Shown: positions 11,800 through 26,359 of the stretch, piece after piece | Numbering within the stretch: position 1 is the stretch's first letter | Layout of the letters: every line of letters starts with the position of its first letter | Assembly (NCBI GenBank): GCA_964016885.1 | Contig: OZ024741.1 | Span: 146,444,001 to 146,508,000, forward strand | Direction of reading: 5' to 3' | From: Eledone cirrhosa | Taxonomy: Eukaryota | DNA length: 64,000 bases | Notes under the pieces: model-generated | The model's input: only the letters and a program-made list of their open reading frames with translations | What the model was told of the DNA's origin: nothing | Database searches by the model: none | Translations under genes and position numbers: made by a program

Positions 11800-14152
11800 G
11801 GAAGTTTTAAGATGGCGCCATCAACATAGGCATGATGAAAAGAAGATCTGGAGAGGTTGAACAAAATAAAAATGATGTGTGCAGAGCACAAGAGACTAGA
11901 TAGAGGGCAATGTCGGCTAGATTTCTTGTGAGCAAGCAATGATGCAACAGACTTTTCAGGGTGGAGTAGGGATTATGGTAATAGGAAAAATGGGTAGACA
12001 TTTGTTGTAAATAGAGTGAATGACACAATCATTACACATAGACTTGTACTAAATATAACAACTGTGACAATTATATCTGCATATACACCTCAGTCTAGAC
12101 TGTCAGATGTATTAAAGACAGATTCTATGAGTACCTAATGCTTACTACTTCCCAAATTAGTGACAGTAACTTTATAATCATTGCAGGTGACTTTAATGGG
12201 CATTTCAAGCAACACTCTGATGACTTCGATGGGATCCATGGGGGTTGTTGAGACTGGTACAAGAAATGAGGAAGTTTTCAAGCTCCTGGAATTTTGCGAT
12301 GCCAATGATATATCTATCTGTAACACGAACATAAAAAAATGAGACAACCACTTCATCCCCTATAGATATCGTTAGCACGCTAGCCAGATAGATTTTGTCT
12401 TTACCAGAAGATGAGATAAAGTGATGGTTGTAAATAGAAAGTCTCACCCTGGGGAAGAATATACCTCCCAACATAACCTAGTAGTTAGCAACCTTATAGT
12501 TAGGGCTAGACAAACTGCATGACAGAGGACAGCCTGGAGGAGAATAATATAGACATTAAAAAACCCATCAGCCAGTGACAAATTTAGAGGTATGTTACTT
12601 AACACTTTTGACAGTAAGGAAGAGTAAATAGATACATACAATACAGAGAAGCAGTGGTAATTCCTGAAATATAATCTACTGAAGCAACAAACAAAATCTG
12701 TGGTCAGAACAGGTCCCTAGGGAGATGGAAAGTAACTTGGTGGTGGAACAGTAGGGTGGGAGAGACAATTAAGGCAAAAAAACAGGCCTGGAAAGAATGG
12801 CTGAATGAGGAAAATAGAGAACTCTGCCAGAATGCTGGGAGAGAAGCTAGGTGATAAGTATACTTTGCAAGAAGGGAAACAGAAAATACAAAATTTAAGC
12901 ATGTTCTTCAATGTAAGAAAAAAGGCATGAGATCTTTAGAATTGTGAAGCAGTGTGCCAGGGAAAATATTGATGTTGATGAGGAGATATGGTTCTGGGAT
13001 GATAATGGTTTACTTGTCCTCACTGACACTGAAAAAAAGATAGCATGGAAGTGCCACTACGAATAGCTACTAAATGATGAGAATACATGTGCAGAAGATA
13101 TTTTGCCCCAAGTTGATAGTTGCCTAGATGCTGAAAACATCTGGGATGATAGATTACACCATAGCCACCAGTATTGTAAACCAAATTCTACAAAATGGTG
13201 TCATACTCAATGACTGTCATAGAAACTTCATTGTCAACTGTTACAAGGGCACAGGAGATGCTCTAGACAGAGAAAAATATAGCGCCCTCAAGTTAGATGA
13301 CCAGGTCATGATGGTCACCGATAGATTTAGAGCACAGCTGATTAGGAACTGAGTTAACCTAGATGAGTTAAAAGTACTGCAAATTCCCTTTTTCTTGAGA
13401 GGCAACTGCATGAGAAGTACCTTAGCTAATAGTAAACCCTTATACTTGGCATTTGTTGACCTGAGGAAAGCTTTTGTCAGAGTCCTCCATTCCATTATCT
13501 GATGGGTTGTTAGAAAACTAGTAGACGAGTGGCTTGTGAGGGCAGTACAAGTCATGTATAAGGAATCAGCAAGGTTAGAATTAATAATGACTGTAGTGAA
13601 GGAATTAGTGTGCAGGTAGGTGTTCATCAGAGCTCAGTCTTCAGCCCTCTCCTGTTTATTATCATCCTGCGGGCTATAACAGGAGCGTTTAGGACAGGCT
13701 GCCCATGGGAACTTCTGTATGCAGAGGGTCTAACCCTTATAGCTGAATCCATGGCAGAATTAGAGAAGAAATTCCAAACCTAGAAGCATGGCTTGAAATC
13801 AAAAGATCTTAAAGTTAAGTTGTCAAAGACTCGAGTCCCAGTATGTAAAGAGGAAAACAGGGTTCAGATTCCCTCTGAGGAATGGCTTTGCTCAGTGTAC
13901 AGGAAAAAAGTAGGTAGAAATTCCATCCTATATTCCAAAAGCAAACTACACAAGAGATGTAGTGGGGTCTCGGGCAGGCAAGCAAAGAACATAGGTTTTA
14001 TACATAGCCAATGCACAGGTGTAGTGTGTAGCACACAGGATACTGGTTCCTTCAAATACCCAGAGGGCTATGTAAAAGTAGTAGATAGTTTCTGTTACCT
14101 CAGTGACCAAATTAGCAGTGGAGGAGGGTGTTCCGAAAGTATAGTTGACAGA
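11800..14152 (+). pseudogene. Decayed RTE LINE ORF (APE endonuclease, RT, PHD remnant) lacking its 3' end
   Basis: Remnants resembling NIGMMKRRSGEV, QETR, ISAYTPQ, IAGDFNGH, SQIDFV, IVNCYKG, FVDLRKAF, GVHQSSVFSPLLF, VDSFCYL; many stops and frameshifts. Confidence 0.85.
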
Positions 14153-15392
14153 TTGTTGGAAGAATGTATAGTAAACTAAAGTAAAGACATTTATTTTTAA
14201 TGCAATGCAGTCATAATGCTGATTTGTATTTTTCAGGAATGTTTTACTAGTAATGCAGTTTCATGTGATATAAGATGTTAAAAGATAATACTGTCATTGA
14301 AGTTATTGTGGCTACCTAAAGATGAATTACAAGTTTTTCACTATACTGAATTGAATCAAGATATGTACACTGTATTCTTATAAAGAAATAATGAACAGTA
14401 GTTACAGGATATTGAAATTGGCCAATAAGCTCAACTCCAGCCTGTTATTTCTTTAAAATGAACAATTAAGTTAAGTAAGTCTATCTTTTTTTTTTTCTAT
14501 AGTTATATGTATCTCATAATTCAATCTTTGCAGTAATTATCTCCTGAAAAAATATCAATTCATTTATTCGCTGTCTTTTCTATAAACTTTCTATTTGAGG
14601 AAAGCTATTAACATGATTGTCTTATAGCAGATTTCTATTTCCTGTCATGTTTTGAACAAACTATCTTTAGACTAACTGTCAATATATATAATTACACCTC
14701 TATCACTTTAGATTGTTTCCCCACCATCATAGGATTTGCACTGGAATCCAGATCTAGTGTAATTACTTATTTTTTCTTTTCTTTTATATTAGCGTTAACT
14801 TTCTTTTAGGTAAGAGATTATGTGTATTTGTAATTTAAACTTTTACTACGTTATTACAGAAATCCTTTCCTGTACATGAGTTTAGTTAATAAGAAATGCT
14901 ACTTTCATTTTCACATTATTTCAATCGATTGTTTTATCTTTGCAAAGGTTAATTTTTCCTCCTGGCTTCCATTAAAACAAAAAACAAGCATGAAGTTTAT
15001 TTTATTCTATTCTATATATATTTTGTAGTTGTTATTCATTTGTCTACTTGCATTACTTTATCTTTAGTTTTAATAAAAGTAATCTGGTAAATAAATAAAT
15101 AAAAATAATGACGAAAAAATGAGATAATAAATAGTTAAGTACGTTAATGGTTTCATTCTATTAAAAACATTTGAGATAAATCTAAGGAGCTGAAATGATA
15201 AATGGAAATAATTTCCTCAAATAATAAGAAAATAAAAATAAAAAGAAAACATTTAAGGAATTTTCTATTATACTTTCTTTCAAAGAATTTGTATACTGAA
15301 CTAGGCAGTGTATTCAATGTTGTAAATACTACCAATAGGATATCCACGTGTCTATGTACATAAGTATGTGTGTGTGTATGTATATATATGTT

Positions 15393-15427
<35 letters not shown>

Positions 15428-15598
15428 CAAGAATTTGATGGTCATGTGTTGGTAGTTGATTTTGTTGTAGTGTTGATTTGTTTCTTGCGTGTGTGTTCAC
15501 TTGTAGCTTTCTGTGTGGTGTGGTGTGGTCACTGTTGTGTGATAGAGTGTGACCAGAGGTTGCATGTGTGCAGGTAAGTGTTCAATAAGATGATGATG

Positions 15599-18500
15599 TA
15601 TAATAATAATAATGAAATTATTGTGTACAGTGCTCAGGTGCACTACAACTCGTCAAAGGTGCATGTATAGTACATAGAATAATATACAAATGGCAGGGAA
15701 GTGAATAGTGTATGAGTCATGATATATATGTGTGCATGTGTATGGAGGTGGGATATCAGGTGTAGTATTGGCGAATATCAGGAAGCATGGAGGTTTTAAA
15801 TGATGCAGTGTTTCAACAGCTAACAACTGATGCAGGTAGTTCCATGCTTCAGCAACTCTGAGCGTGAAAAAATGTTTCCGAAAGTCATGGGAGCTGTTCT
15901 GTTTTCTGACTTTGTGGGCATGCCCACGTGTGTTAGACACATGGAAATCCAAAAAACTCAGGGTTGTTGTTGGCAAGATGGTTAATAATTTTGTGGGTGT
16001 TTACCAAGTCAGTTGCCAGACGTCGGAGCTTCAATGTATTCATGCCCAGGGAAGCAAAGCATTCAGAGTATGGTAGATGCCTGATGGAGGGTATTCGCTT
16101 GGTTGCACGTCACTGAACAGTTTCCAGGCGGTCAATGTTCTGAGCAAGATAGGGGTTCCAGACTGGTGATGCAAATTCTAAGTGTGGCCGCACCATAGCT
16201 ATATACAGCTTTAAATAGATAGCTGGAGAGCGGCTGACAAAGGTCTTGCTGAATGATGCTAAGACACCTCGGCCTTCTTGACAATTTTAGCGATGTGCTT
16301 CATCCAACGAAAATTGCTGCTGACCGTAATGCCCAGGTCACGTTCACAAGAAGACTTCTTGATATTAGTGTTGTGGAGGGAGTATGTGGACGCTGGCTTT
16401 TTACTCCCAAAATGCATGGTGGTACACTTGTCTACAGCCAGCTTGAGTTATCAGTCCATGATCCATTGTTGCATTGTGTCCAGGTCTGCTTGCAGGAAAG
16501 ATCTATAGTGTTCAGGATCGGTCCTTTTTATCTCAAGGTACAGCTTGATGTCATGTGCATATTTCAGTACTGTGACATTCTTAAAGTTGGCATCTATGTC
16601 ATTAATATATGCCACAAATAAAACGAGGCGAAAAACAGATCCCTGTGGTACATCAGATGACATCTCATATGGTGAGGAATGCTATCCCAGAACCGTGACT
16701 ACTTCTCTTTGACTGAGAATGAAGGACTTCAACCAGTTAAAAAGATCATCCTTCGCACCCATTGCAGATAGTTTTGCCATAAGTCTTTTGTGTGGCACAG
16801 AATTGAAAGCTTTAGCAAAGTCAAGGTAAATAACATCCACCCACGAGCCGCCATCAGTGATCCTGGTGATGTCTTCAAGAAACTCGATAAGTTGATCACA
16901 GCAGCTGGAGTTAGGGATAAATCCAAATTGCGAGGGCCGGATAAGACTGTGAGAGTTCCAGAAGTTCCAAAGCGTTTCTCTGACACATGATTCCATCAGT
17001 TTGGCAATGCAGCTAGTAAGACTGACTGGATGATAGTCACCCTTTTTGAACAGAGGAATGACACTGGCAGTTTTCCACTGTTCTGGAGTAGTACCGTTGT
17101 TCAGACAGAATTGGAAGAAGTGTGATAGCTGGTGCAGAAGGAGGTACCCACCTGAGAAGCAGGTACGTATCACTATCAAGACCAGGAGAGGCATGGTTGC
17201 ATTTATTTTTAAGGTGACGTTGCAGCATTGCAGGTGTAAATTCCATAGTTGTAATAGAATCTGATGTCAGAGGTGGTTGAGACGGTACACTCTGGTCTTC
17301 ATTAGTGAAAATGTCTGCATAGCATTCAGCAATGAGCTCTGCGCATTCCTTGGGGTCGTCAGTAACCTGGCTTATGTGGGGATTGTGAAGAGGACCAACT
17401 GAAGAGTGAGGCCTCTGCTTTGAGTGAACATACTTCCAGAACACCTTACTGTCAGGGTTGGTTGCTATGCGCTGCTCAAATTGAAGCATTGCCTTTTTTG
17501 TCACCTGTTTGAGATGGTTGGATGATTTATTTCACTTCTTCCTATTGATATCTGATTTATGCAGTTTGTACTCACAATCAGCATTACGGCATACTTTTCT
17601 GGCAATGGCAAGACGCACTGCTGCAGTCTCCCAAATTGCACGTTGGGATGTTTTTTCTGTTTTTTCTGCTGTCCATATTGAGCTTAGGATGTTCTGGAGT
17701 ACAGTGTTGACATCTCCAGAGTCGTAGAACTCAAGCCAGTTTGGACGTTGCAACTCGGTGCAGTAACAGTGCCAGTCTGCTTTATTCCAGTCAAAGTGAG
17801 CAGTTTGGAGATGGTTGTGGTTTTTGTTACTGTCCATGAGGGATAGATTGGCAATGATCATAGCATGATCAGAGTCATATAAAGGTTCCTCAGTAGTAAC
17901 ACTAATAACCGTTTCAGGAGTAGTGGTGAAGAATAGGTCCAAAGTGTTGTCACCTCTTGTTGGGGAGGTGACTACTTGGGACCAGTTTGAGTCCAGCACT
18001 AGCTCAAGGAAGCCATTTGCACTTGGGGGCCAATGAAAGGTTTCCTAGTCAATCTCAGGGTGATTGAAGTCCCTTGCAATAAAAACATAAGTGGCTGTTT
18101 TCCTGGCAGCACACTGAGGATATGCTGAAAACCCCATCACAGAGTAAGGAATGTGCCCATGTTTCCGTGACTGAAGTCAGGGTTGATACTTTTGACGTAG
18201 GAGTCAAAAAGATGAATCTTATTGCATAGACTATGTGCATTCAAAGAAAACAATTGGTAGCTTGATTTCAGTCTATGATTATGTGCAGGGGATGACAGGT
18301 TGTTCTGATTTAGTTTCCCAGAGTTTTTTCAGTTTTTTTATTGTCAGTTGTTGTGGGTACAGTGTTTTCAGACCAGCTGGTATCTCTTTTCCATGTTTCA
18401 CCAGCCTTAATAAACTTCCATATCTGCCCATCATCATCTTTCTGCTGAGCTGCGGTTTAAGGAACCTGCAGCACGCAGCTTTCGGCGGACATCAGGTGGA

Positions 18501-19198
18501 AGACCAGGGCAAATTCGGAAGGTAATCTAACTTTCACACCTAGCTTTATCAGAGGCCAAAAGATATGAACATGCCTCAGTTGAGTTCGAAAAAGACAGTC
18601 TAATTAGCCTGGGTTTCGGACCTGGTCGGCCAAGGTATAGAGCACCCTTCGGGGAAGCACAGCACAAGTATTTGGATGAACTGGCAGCAAATGCCTGAAG
18701 ATTAACTACACCAATGGCAATCACTTTGTGGTTTACAGATTCAGTGGTATTCTCAATGCGTCTAGATTCGGCAAGAGGTACGTGGAGATTTGTTAACAAG
18801 GCACTCCGGTAAGATCTCTCATTGTGAGGTTCTACACAAACGCTTGATTTTATTCCCATTACTTCTCGGCTTAAAGCGGGAATCATTTGCCATATTTCTC
18901 AAACTCCGTATTGACGGTCGATTTTTGTTGTTGTTCTTCTTCAACAGGCATGGTAGGGGAAGACACGGTCATCGGTTGTTGTTGTTATGATGATATGATA
19001 GTTCCTTGATCATGCAGAAAATGAATATATATAAATGAACCATGATTACACGAAACCACTATATTATTAATTTATCAAAAATAGCTCACACCAGAGCTAT
19101 ATGAAAAATAGACAAGAATTATGGACGTTATTTGTTTGTTTATAAAAGAATTAAATTGTATTTACCAAGAAAACTTCATGAACTTCACTAGCTTGGTT
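15599..19198 (-). mobile_element. Near full-length decayed CR1-like LINE (ORF1 + APE-RT ORF2) with (ATT)n tail
   Basis: ORF1-like LGRPGPKPRLIRLSF; APE motifs VTETW, PTRGDNTLDL, SDH; RT motifs YHPVSLTS, QFGF, YLDFAKAFNSVPH, VPQGSV, YAHD; C-terminal TRGH...FFTLRVAEAWN; frameshifted. The 5' boundary is approximate. Confidence 0.85.
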
Positions 19199-19603
19199 GA
19201 GAGAGAGAGAGACCAAGAGATAGAGATTGAGTGAGAGAGAAGAGTGAGAGAAGGTAAGAGTCTGTAAGACCGCAAGGGGTCTGTAGAAAGCAAATGTTTA
19301 CATGTTTACTCTATCAAGAATCACTCCAAATTTCCTGGCCTGATCTAAGGCAGGCTATTTATCTATGTTGCTTCCTCTGTCTCCAAGACTTGAGAACAAA
19401 GCGCTGTTCTTTGGAGGTCATCCAATCTCAGACCTCTTGAGCCCAAAAGGAGATAACCCAGAAAAGACCGTTAGATTTCACCCAGGGGTCAAGATGTGGA
19501 CAGATTTTGCTACATATATATATATAGTTCAAGTAAAAAACAACAAACAGAGGTACAAAAAGTCTTATTAGTTTCATGCTTTATATGGAAAAGGGGAAAG
19601 AAA

Positions 19604-19640
19604 GTTTGACATGTCGGGCTTTAGCCCATTCTTCAGGAGT
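19604..19640 (-). ncRNA. Degenerate hammerhead-like motif in a pLTR-like fragment
   Basis: Minus strand CTGAAGA-AT-GGGC-TAAA-GCCC-GACA-TGTC; GAAA is mutated to GACA. Confidence 0.45.
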
Positions 19641-19734
19641 ACAAAAAATATAGACAAGATCATAAAGGGTAGATACAGAAATAAACAAATACAAGTAAAG
19701 AAAAGCTGATGTAAAATGATGATGATGATGATGA

Positions 19735-20775
19735 TATATATGCATATGGAAGATGATAGCTGTATAAAGAGGTGTCGAAATATGATAATGGATGGCAATT
19801 GTGGAAGAGGTAAATGCAGAAAGACATCAGAAACTGAATCTAACAATAAAGATGACAAAAAATCCAAGAGCAATGGCGATATACTGTGCTACTAAAGACC
19901 CATCTACCAGCCTCAAACCTGACCTGACATGACCCATCCACATATGCACCCCATCCCCCTTAGTGGCTATTCTATCACAGAACCCTACCCCTTACTTCAT
20001 GCTCACCAGCCCACAAACCATCATACCTTTTCTTGTAGTAGCTACTCTAAGCATCATTGTACACCCATACCCCTAATCTGTCTAGGATTCCCTCCACCTA
20101 TTCTAAATACGAACACTGATACTATGAAGGGTCATTGCCCAGCCATCTTATCATTCTACTCTAAATTACTCCATCTAAACTATGACACACCAGTCATAGC
20201 TACCAAGTACCTCTTACGCTGCCAGAGGTCTCCACTCCCATTCACGACCCCTGACTTTGTCAAATCGATCCACACTTGGCACCTGCTCATGACATACACC
20301 CCACTCCATCCATAAAGTGGAGAAGGCTCTTCATTTGTGTCAATGACAACAACCTTTTCTAGTCATGGTGCCATGATAAATGCACTGAATGTGGGTGACA
20401 AGATGAAGAACACTCCACTGTAGAAACCGTGCCAAAATGGATTGAAGTTTGAGAAGACTCTTTAGTTGTGTCAGGGATATGACAACCCCTCTTGTGTAGG
20501 TTATTTTTCAATATAAACACACTCAATACACTCTGTAAAGTGGTCGGTAATAGGAAGGGCATCCAGCCATATAATACCTGTCAAATAAAGAGTAGAGAAG
20601 ACTCTTTAGCTATACCATGGACATGACAACTTCCCTAGATTTGGTGTCATAATAAAATACACTTGGTAGAGCATGAGATTGTATCTTGGGCTTTTGGCCC
20701 ACTGGAGTACTGACTGGTCTGTGACAACATGTCCAACCCTTGCCATCAAGAAAAATGGATGTTAAACGATGATGA
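19735..20775 (+). mobile_element. Old RTE 3' end with a long, internally repeated 3' UTR
   Basis: HMEDDSCIKRCR...GRGK remnant, repeated GAGAAGACTCTT...ATGACAAC units, AGGAAGGGCATCCAGCC, terminal GGATGTTAAACGATGATGA. Confidence 0.65.
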
Positions 20776-21725
20776 AATATACATGTATGTGAATGTGTGT
20801 ATATATATATGTGTGTGTGTGTGTGTGCATGTATAGGACAAAGGATAAAAATCCCATAACTCTTTGTGGAGTCATAGAGACACTGTCATATGGTGTATCT
20901 AGGGCACTTTTAAACTTAACAGAGGCCAACCCTCTTCAAGTCTGAACACAGATGATTTCTTCTACAGAGGAAGAATCGACCCCAGTACTGGGCTGGTGCT
21001 TTTTTTATCAACCTCGAAAGGATGAAAGGCAAAGCTGACCATGGTGGTATTTGAATTCAGAGTGTGCAATGAGGTGGGATGAATACCGAAAAGCATTCTA
21101 TCCGGCATCTTAATGAATCTGTCAATTTGCCGCCTATATATTTACAAGGCTGCAGTATAATGATTGAAACCAGTAAAAGAAAAAGATATATATAATAGAT
21201 TATGCACTAAGCAGCTGAAGTATACTTTACATTCATATCTGTACACAAACAGTACAGGATGTAACTGAAGGTGTTACAATATGTGTATGTAATCATATCT
21301 TTATCTGTTAGACACGCAGTGACTAACAACAGAATGTTTTAAGTCTGCGTGTCTGACATATATGCGTAGCTTGTGAATAAAAAATTCAAGGGGTGTCGCT
21401 GGCCGTGGTGATGATGGTTTAAATGTTGCTATGAGAAATGTATATTTGTAACTTAGTGCAGTGGATTCGCAGAATCAGTAGAGCGTTGGACAACATGCTT
21501 AGAGGCATAGAGTTACGGCTCTTTACACTCTGAGTTCAAATCCCAGCTTTGCCTTTCATCCTTACGGGGGTCAATAAAATAACACACCAGTAATGCATTG
21601 GGATAGATTTAATCGGCTTTTCCCCCTCCCCAAAAATTGCTGGCCTTGTGCCGAAATCAAAATCATTTATATTTGTAACCATATCATATTCATTCATTTT
21701 TCCGTGGATTGAAAATGCTGAACAT

Positions 21726-21764
21726 CTTGATCAGTTTCTATCCTTGCTGGATCCCCATCAGAAG
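21726..21764 (-). ncRNA. Degenerate hammerhead-like motif
   Basis: Minus strand CTT-CTGATGG-GGATCC-AGCAA-GGATA-GAAA-CTGA-TC-AAG; A9 and C11.1 are mutated. Confidence 0.4.
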
Positions 21765-21834
21765 CTAATTACATCTCCCACAATCCACAGAAAAATACAT
21801 AATTAAAGGCTTTATAAATGTATTTCTTTGTTTT

Positions 21835-22030
21835 AGAGCCTATGGTACTGAGGCCAAACAGACCACTAATCATGGGAGTACTCAATGTGTGGGGAGGTGC
21901 AGAGTGGGTATAGAGATATGTAAATTCCCAACTGTGGTGTCAAGTGGTTACGAGGCCTTGAAAAGGCTTGCTGAACACGCAAGCCAAAACCGCTTATTGC
22001 CATGGACAGGATTTTACATCTCTCTCTCTC
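21835..22030. mobile_element. Penelope pLTR-like fragment with degenerate terminal inversion; relative at 39722-39872
   Basis: Shares CACTAATCATG(G/A)GAGTACT...GCAGAG with 39722-39872; imperfect fold-back arms end at (TC)n/(TA)n. Confidence 0.5.
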
Positions 22031-22056
22031 TTTCTCTCCCTCTCTTTATATATATA

Positions 22057-22300
22057 CTAGCTGGCCCGTCCAGCTGCGCCCGGCTAAGTATACTGGCATT
22101 TTATCTTTTCAGGAATCCCCCCTACACTCCAGTGCAAAGATACTGCACGCCCTCTCAAGTCAGCAGGGGGTTAACGTGCTCTGATGTTGGGTTTGAATAG
22201 TTTTTAGGATTCTCCAGTTCAGCAGCCAGTAGGTTAAAGAAAATTGATAGTTACAACAATAAAGCTGAACAGAGAACACATTTTTTAACAAACAATAATT
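22057..22300 (-). mobile_element. Possible non-autonomous Helitron (3' end visible)
   Basis: Minus-strand GC-rich imperfect hairpin CCGGGCGCAGCTGG...GGGCCAG followed by CTAG|T; the 5' end is unclear. Confidence 0.45.
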
Positions 22301-22647
22301 TGTACATCATCATCATCATCATCATTTTATGTCCGCTTTTCCCTGCTTGCAAGGGTGGGACATCCATAATGGAAATTCCAAGTAACAGAAAATATTTAAA
22401 TTACATTGTTAGTGCCTCAGAGTATACAATATTTTTTGTTCGGCCCTCCGGAACAAAGATGAAGAGATTGTTTGGCGAGCTCACCCTAGAGCATCCTACA
22501 TACAATGTTGCATGCCAACATATGAGCAAGAATGTCATTCTACTGACATGGCTATAAAATTGAGGCTTGTTTGCATAATTGCAAACAAATCGAATGTTAT
22601 TATTAATATTCGAAACACTCAGATTACATTTATATATATGTATATAT

Positions 22648-22711
<64 letters not shown>

Positions 22712-23209
22712 ACTATAAATTAGAAGATTCATGTCTTCACTGACTAAATAACTTTCTATTGCTGTTCCTTTGTGGAAAACAATTCCATTTAGTTTCAAAT
22801 TGTATTACATTTTTTTATGTTCTACATTGATCATTCATTTAACAATTGATTGGATGGGCATTGAAGAAATGATAATTGACAGGATCACCACCTTAAACAG
22901 AAAACACACACAAAAAAGTAACAATAAACCACTTTGAAATTTGAAAAAAAGCAAAGTCACCAGTCAAATGAGCTGTCTGTAAATCATAATTTTGGCTCCA
23001 TACTAAAACTGTATGTCATTTATCTCTCATTGCGCACAAATACCTCTGTAACATTTACTGAATCAAAACTGATCGGCAATTTCTACCAATTCAAATTCAA
23101 ATACGTATGTATGCACGCATGAAAAAGCATACTAAAGCATTTGATGTTTACTACATTACTATATAGTTCAATATCTGCATTTCATTATTGTTTCTACTAC
23201 TACTACCAC

Positions 23210-23266
<57 letters not shown>

Positions 23267-26200
23267 CAATGGCCATGATAATCAATAATATGGAAGTGAG
23301 AAAAAAGACTTCCTATACTGATTCTTTCCATTTTGATCAATGAAACCAGATAACCATTCCATCTCCTTCCAGATGAACTCAATAAAACAAGCCTGATCTG
23401 ACAACTAAAGTAGCTTCATACTTGAATGGATTGCTAAGTTTTAACGATTGCTGACTAAATAATATCAGAGATATTTCTTTTGCTTTTCAAAGATTAACAC
23501 TTTTATTCTTTTATCTGTAGACCATTCTTTCTTCAACCATATTAATATTTAGAAAGAATATATATTTCTTCTGACACATAAAGATTATATATGTGAAACT
23601 ATATTGCTGTTGGAATTATCAGTGTACTTTCTCACATTTGAGTGTTTCTTTTATGATATTTTAATACCAGATTATTATATGTATCCAGTTTAGAATAGGT
23701 ACACCTTATCTCTGCATGTTGTAGAAGGTGACTGAAATGGATGGCACCAGGAAGGGAATCTGGCTATAAAAGCTAGCTTCAAAAAGAAGAAAAACTCCAT
23801 GATGATTATGAAGTCAGTCAATGGGCCACTGCAAAGCTAATCCCTGCTTGAGCAGGGAAAAGAAGCCTTAAAACATATTGTATATTCTAATGCCATACAA
23901 AGCATGTTGCAATAATGTATATTTAAATGATTTGTTTTATTTAACACCAGTAAAAGTTCTTGTTTTATACAAGTGGCACCAGCAATCCCAATTACATCAT
24001 CATCATCATTTTATGTCTTTTTTTTTCATGCTGGCAATGGCTAAACAGGATGTTTTGAGACAAAGTTTTACAGTCGGATACCATTCTCAACACCTACCCT
24101 TTTAGTTGCCTCTTATGACATGCAGGGATATGATGTACCTATTCTAAAAATTGGGATATATATATGTATGTGTGTGTGTGTGTGTTATGTATATTTTATG
24201 CTGCCCAGTTTAAAATAGTTACACTATCCCTGCATAATGTAGGAGGTGATTAAAAGAGTTGGCATCAAAAATGGCATCTGGGCATGTACAGTGCCTCAAA
24301 AAGGATACTATGATGAGTATGAAGTCTGTCATGGGGCCCAGAGGGTAATTCTTTATTTAGCAGGGGAAATGACTTTAAAACATTTGTGTGTGTGTGTTTT
24401 GGATACATATTTTTATACTGGTTGGAAATTTCAAATTCGTTGAAATGTAGATATTTTCTTAATGAAAAAAAAAAAAGAAAGAATTTGACATTTACTGGGG
24501 ATTGAACTGAAATTTAAATTTAAATTGATAAGAAGTTTGTCTTGTTTTTAAATAAAAAGTTGAACTTCAATTTCAGGTATATTACCATGCAATATCTTTG
24601 ATATTCTTTATTAAAAAAGTAAGAAAAGGAAAATCCATAAAAATTATAAAAAGAACTTTTTATGAAGAAAAATTTGGTAATGATCAAAACCATGAAGGAG
24701 AGAAATAGAATATGTGTGTGTGTAATAGAAAGCAGAAAATGTATGTGTGTGTAATAGCAAACAGAAAGTGTGTGCACGAATGTGAGTAATAGAGAGCAGA
24801 TGGAGAGCAATGAGAAATATAAGGAGTAAGAGTAAATGTGTAATAGAGGGAAAAAATATTTAACAGACTATCAGTTGCAAAATTTGAACGTATGACATTT
24901 CTGTTAATGCTTTCACCTATGTTTTATTTTTATCATGTTGAGAGGAGAAGGGACAGTGTCTTTACATGGATAACATATTTGAGTTGGGAACAAACAGCTT
25001 AGTAATCTCCATTTTCTTCTCATAATACAAATGTTTCCATGCCATGTTTCCATGAGTTCAGGACCTCTGAATTTGAAGGGGACATAGTCAAGATATATGA
25101 TATGTCTTGGGTATTGAAACTTGGTGGAGTTCATCCCTCTCCAGGTCTGAACACAGCCAATTTCTTCCAGAGAATACACCTTTTCCTATTGAAATTGATG
25201 GTTACATACCTTCCCTGTTAGATGGACATCAAAACTAGTGAGCAAGATGGAAAATAATTTTCTACTTGCTGGAAGCAATACAAATTAATCTTTCATCTGT
25301 TATTTTGGACAACCTAACCAACAATCCCGGAATGTTGTTATATTGTCTGACACATGTAGTCAAAATACTTGATGCATTGAAGTAAAAAAAAAAAACTGAA
25401 GATTAATAAATTAAAATTTCAATAATGAAAGTATAATAATACTTCCATTTGCTTCAAGCAGTTTTACATATGAAATGTTGCACCAGAAAATGGCTATCTT
25501 GCATTATACACCAATGCAGCACTATTTATTATATGGATGCTGCACTATTTATTATACAGATGCAATAGAATCCAATTAAATGGTTTCCAAACAGAAACTT
25601 GTTTATAATTTTTTTTAATTATATAAAAATAATGTTAAACAGAGTTTTACAAAGTTTGTTTCAACATTTTATCATTTTTATTTTCATTTTCTTTATTTCA
25701 ATATTTCACTTTTTATAATTCATTAAATCTGACAGCATGATGTATAAAACTTATGCCACTTCAGCAAAATTCCAAATAGAATATTATTCAGGAATTCTGT
25801 TGTTTTTTCTTTTATTTATTCATACATAATAATTAATTAAATTTTGTCACTTAATCAGTGTGATAAAGTTTATCCTATTACATGTCTCAAGCAGTAATGA
25901 TGTCATATATAAAAAGCTTTTCAATTCACACAAATCTGTGTTGGCTTACAACAGCATGATAGGTTTCCGCTGTTGTTAAGGCAACTTTTACATAATTGCA
26001 CAAGCTATACAATGTTGTGACTAAATATCTTCAACAAATGAATTGCTGCTTTGAAATAATGACCACCTGCTTCACCCTTTTGTGACATTATTTCAAATGA
26101 AAGATACCACCTGTTATTTTCAAATCATTTTGAAAATGATAAAAAATTTGGAGGGATTTAGTAATATAACTAACTTTGTCATTAGTAAGCTAGTGATTGG

Positions 26201-26359
26201 AACATAACAAATGTTCATACATAAAATTAAAATTCAGAGATTTTTAGATATATATATAAAGTTTATATTTCAAATGAAAGATACTGCCTGTGATTTTCAA
26301 ATTAATTTGAAAATAATTAAAACTTGAAGTCTTTGTTCTTGTATTGCACATTTTCACAA

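Noticed and set aside
24913-25221. Possible host exon
   Set aside because: Contains a dispersed repeat motif (GTCTGAACACAG...TTTCTTC) also seen at ~10140, ~20935 and ~41050; no recognisable protein.
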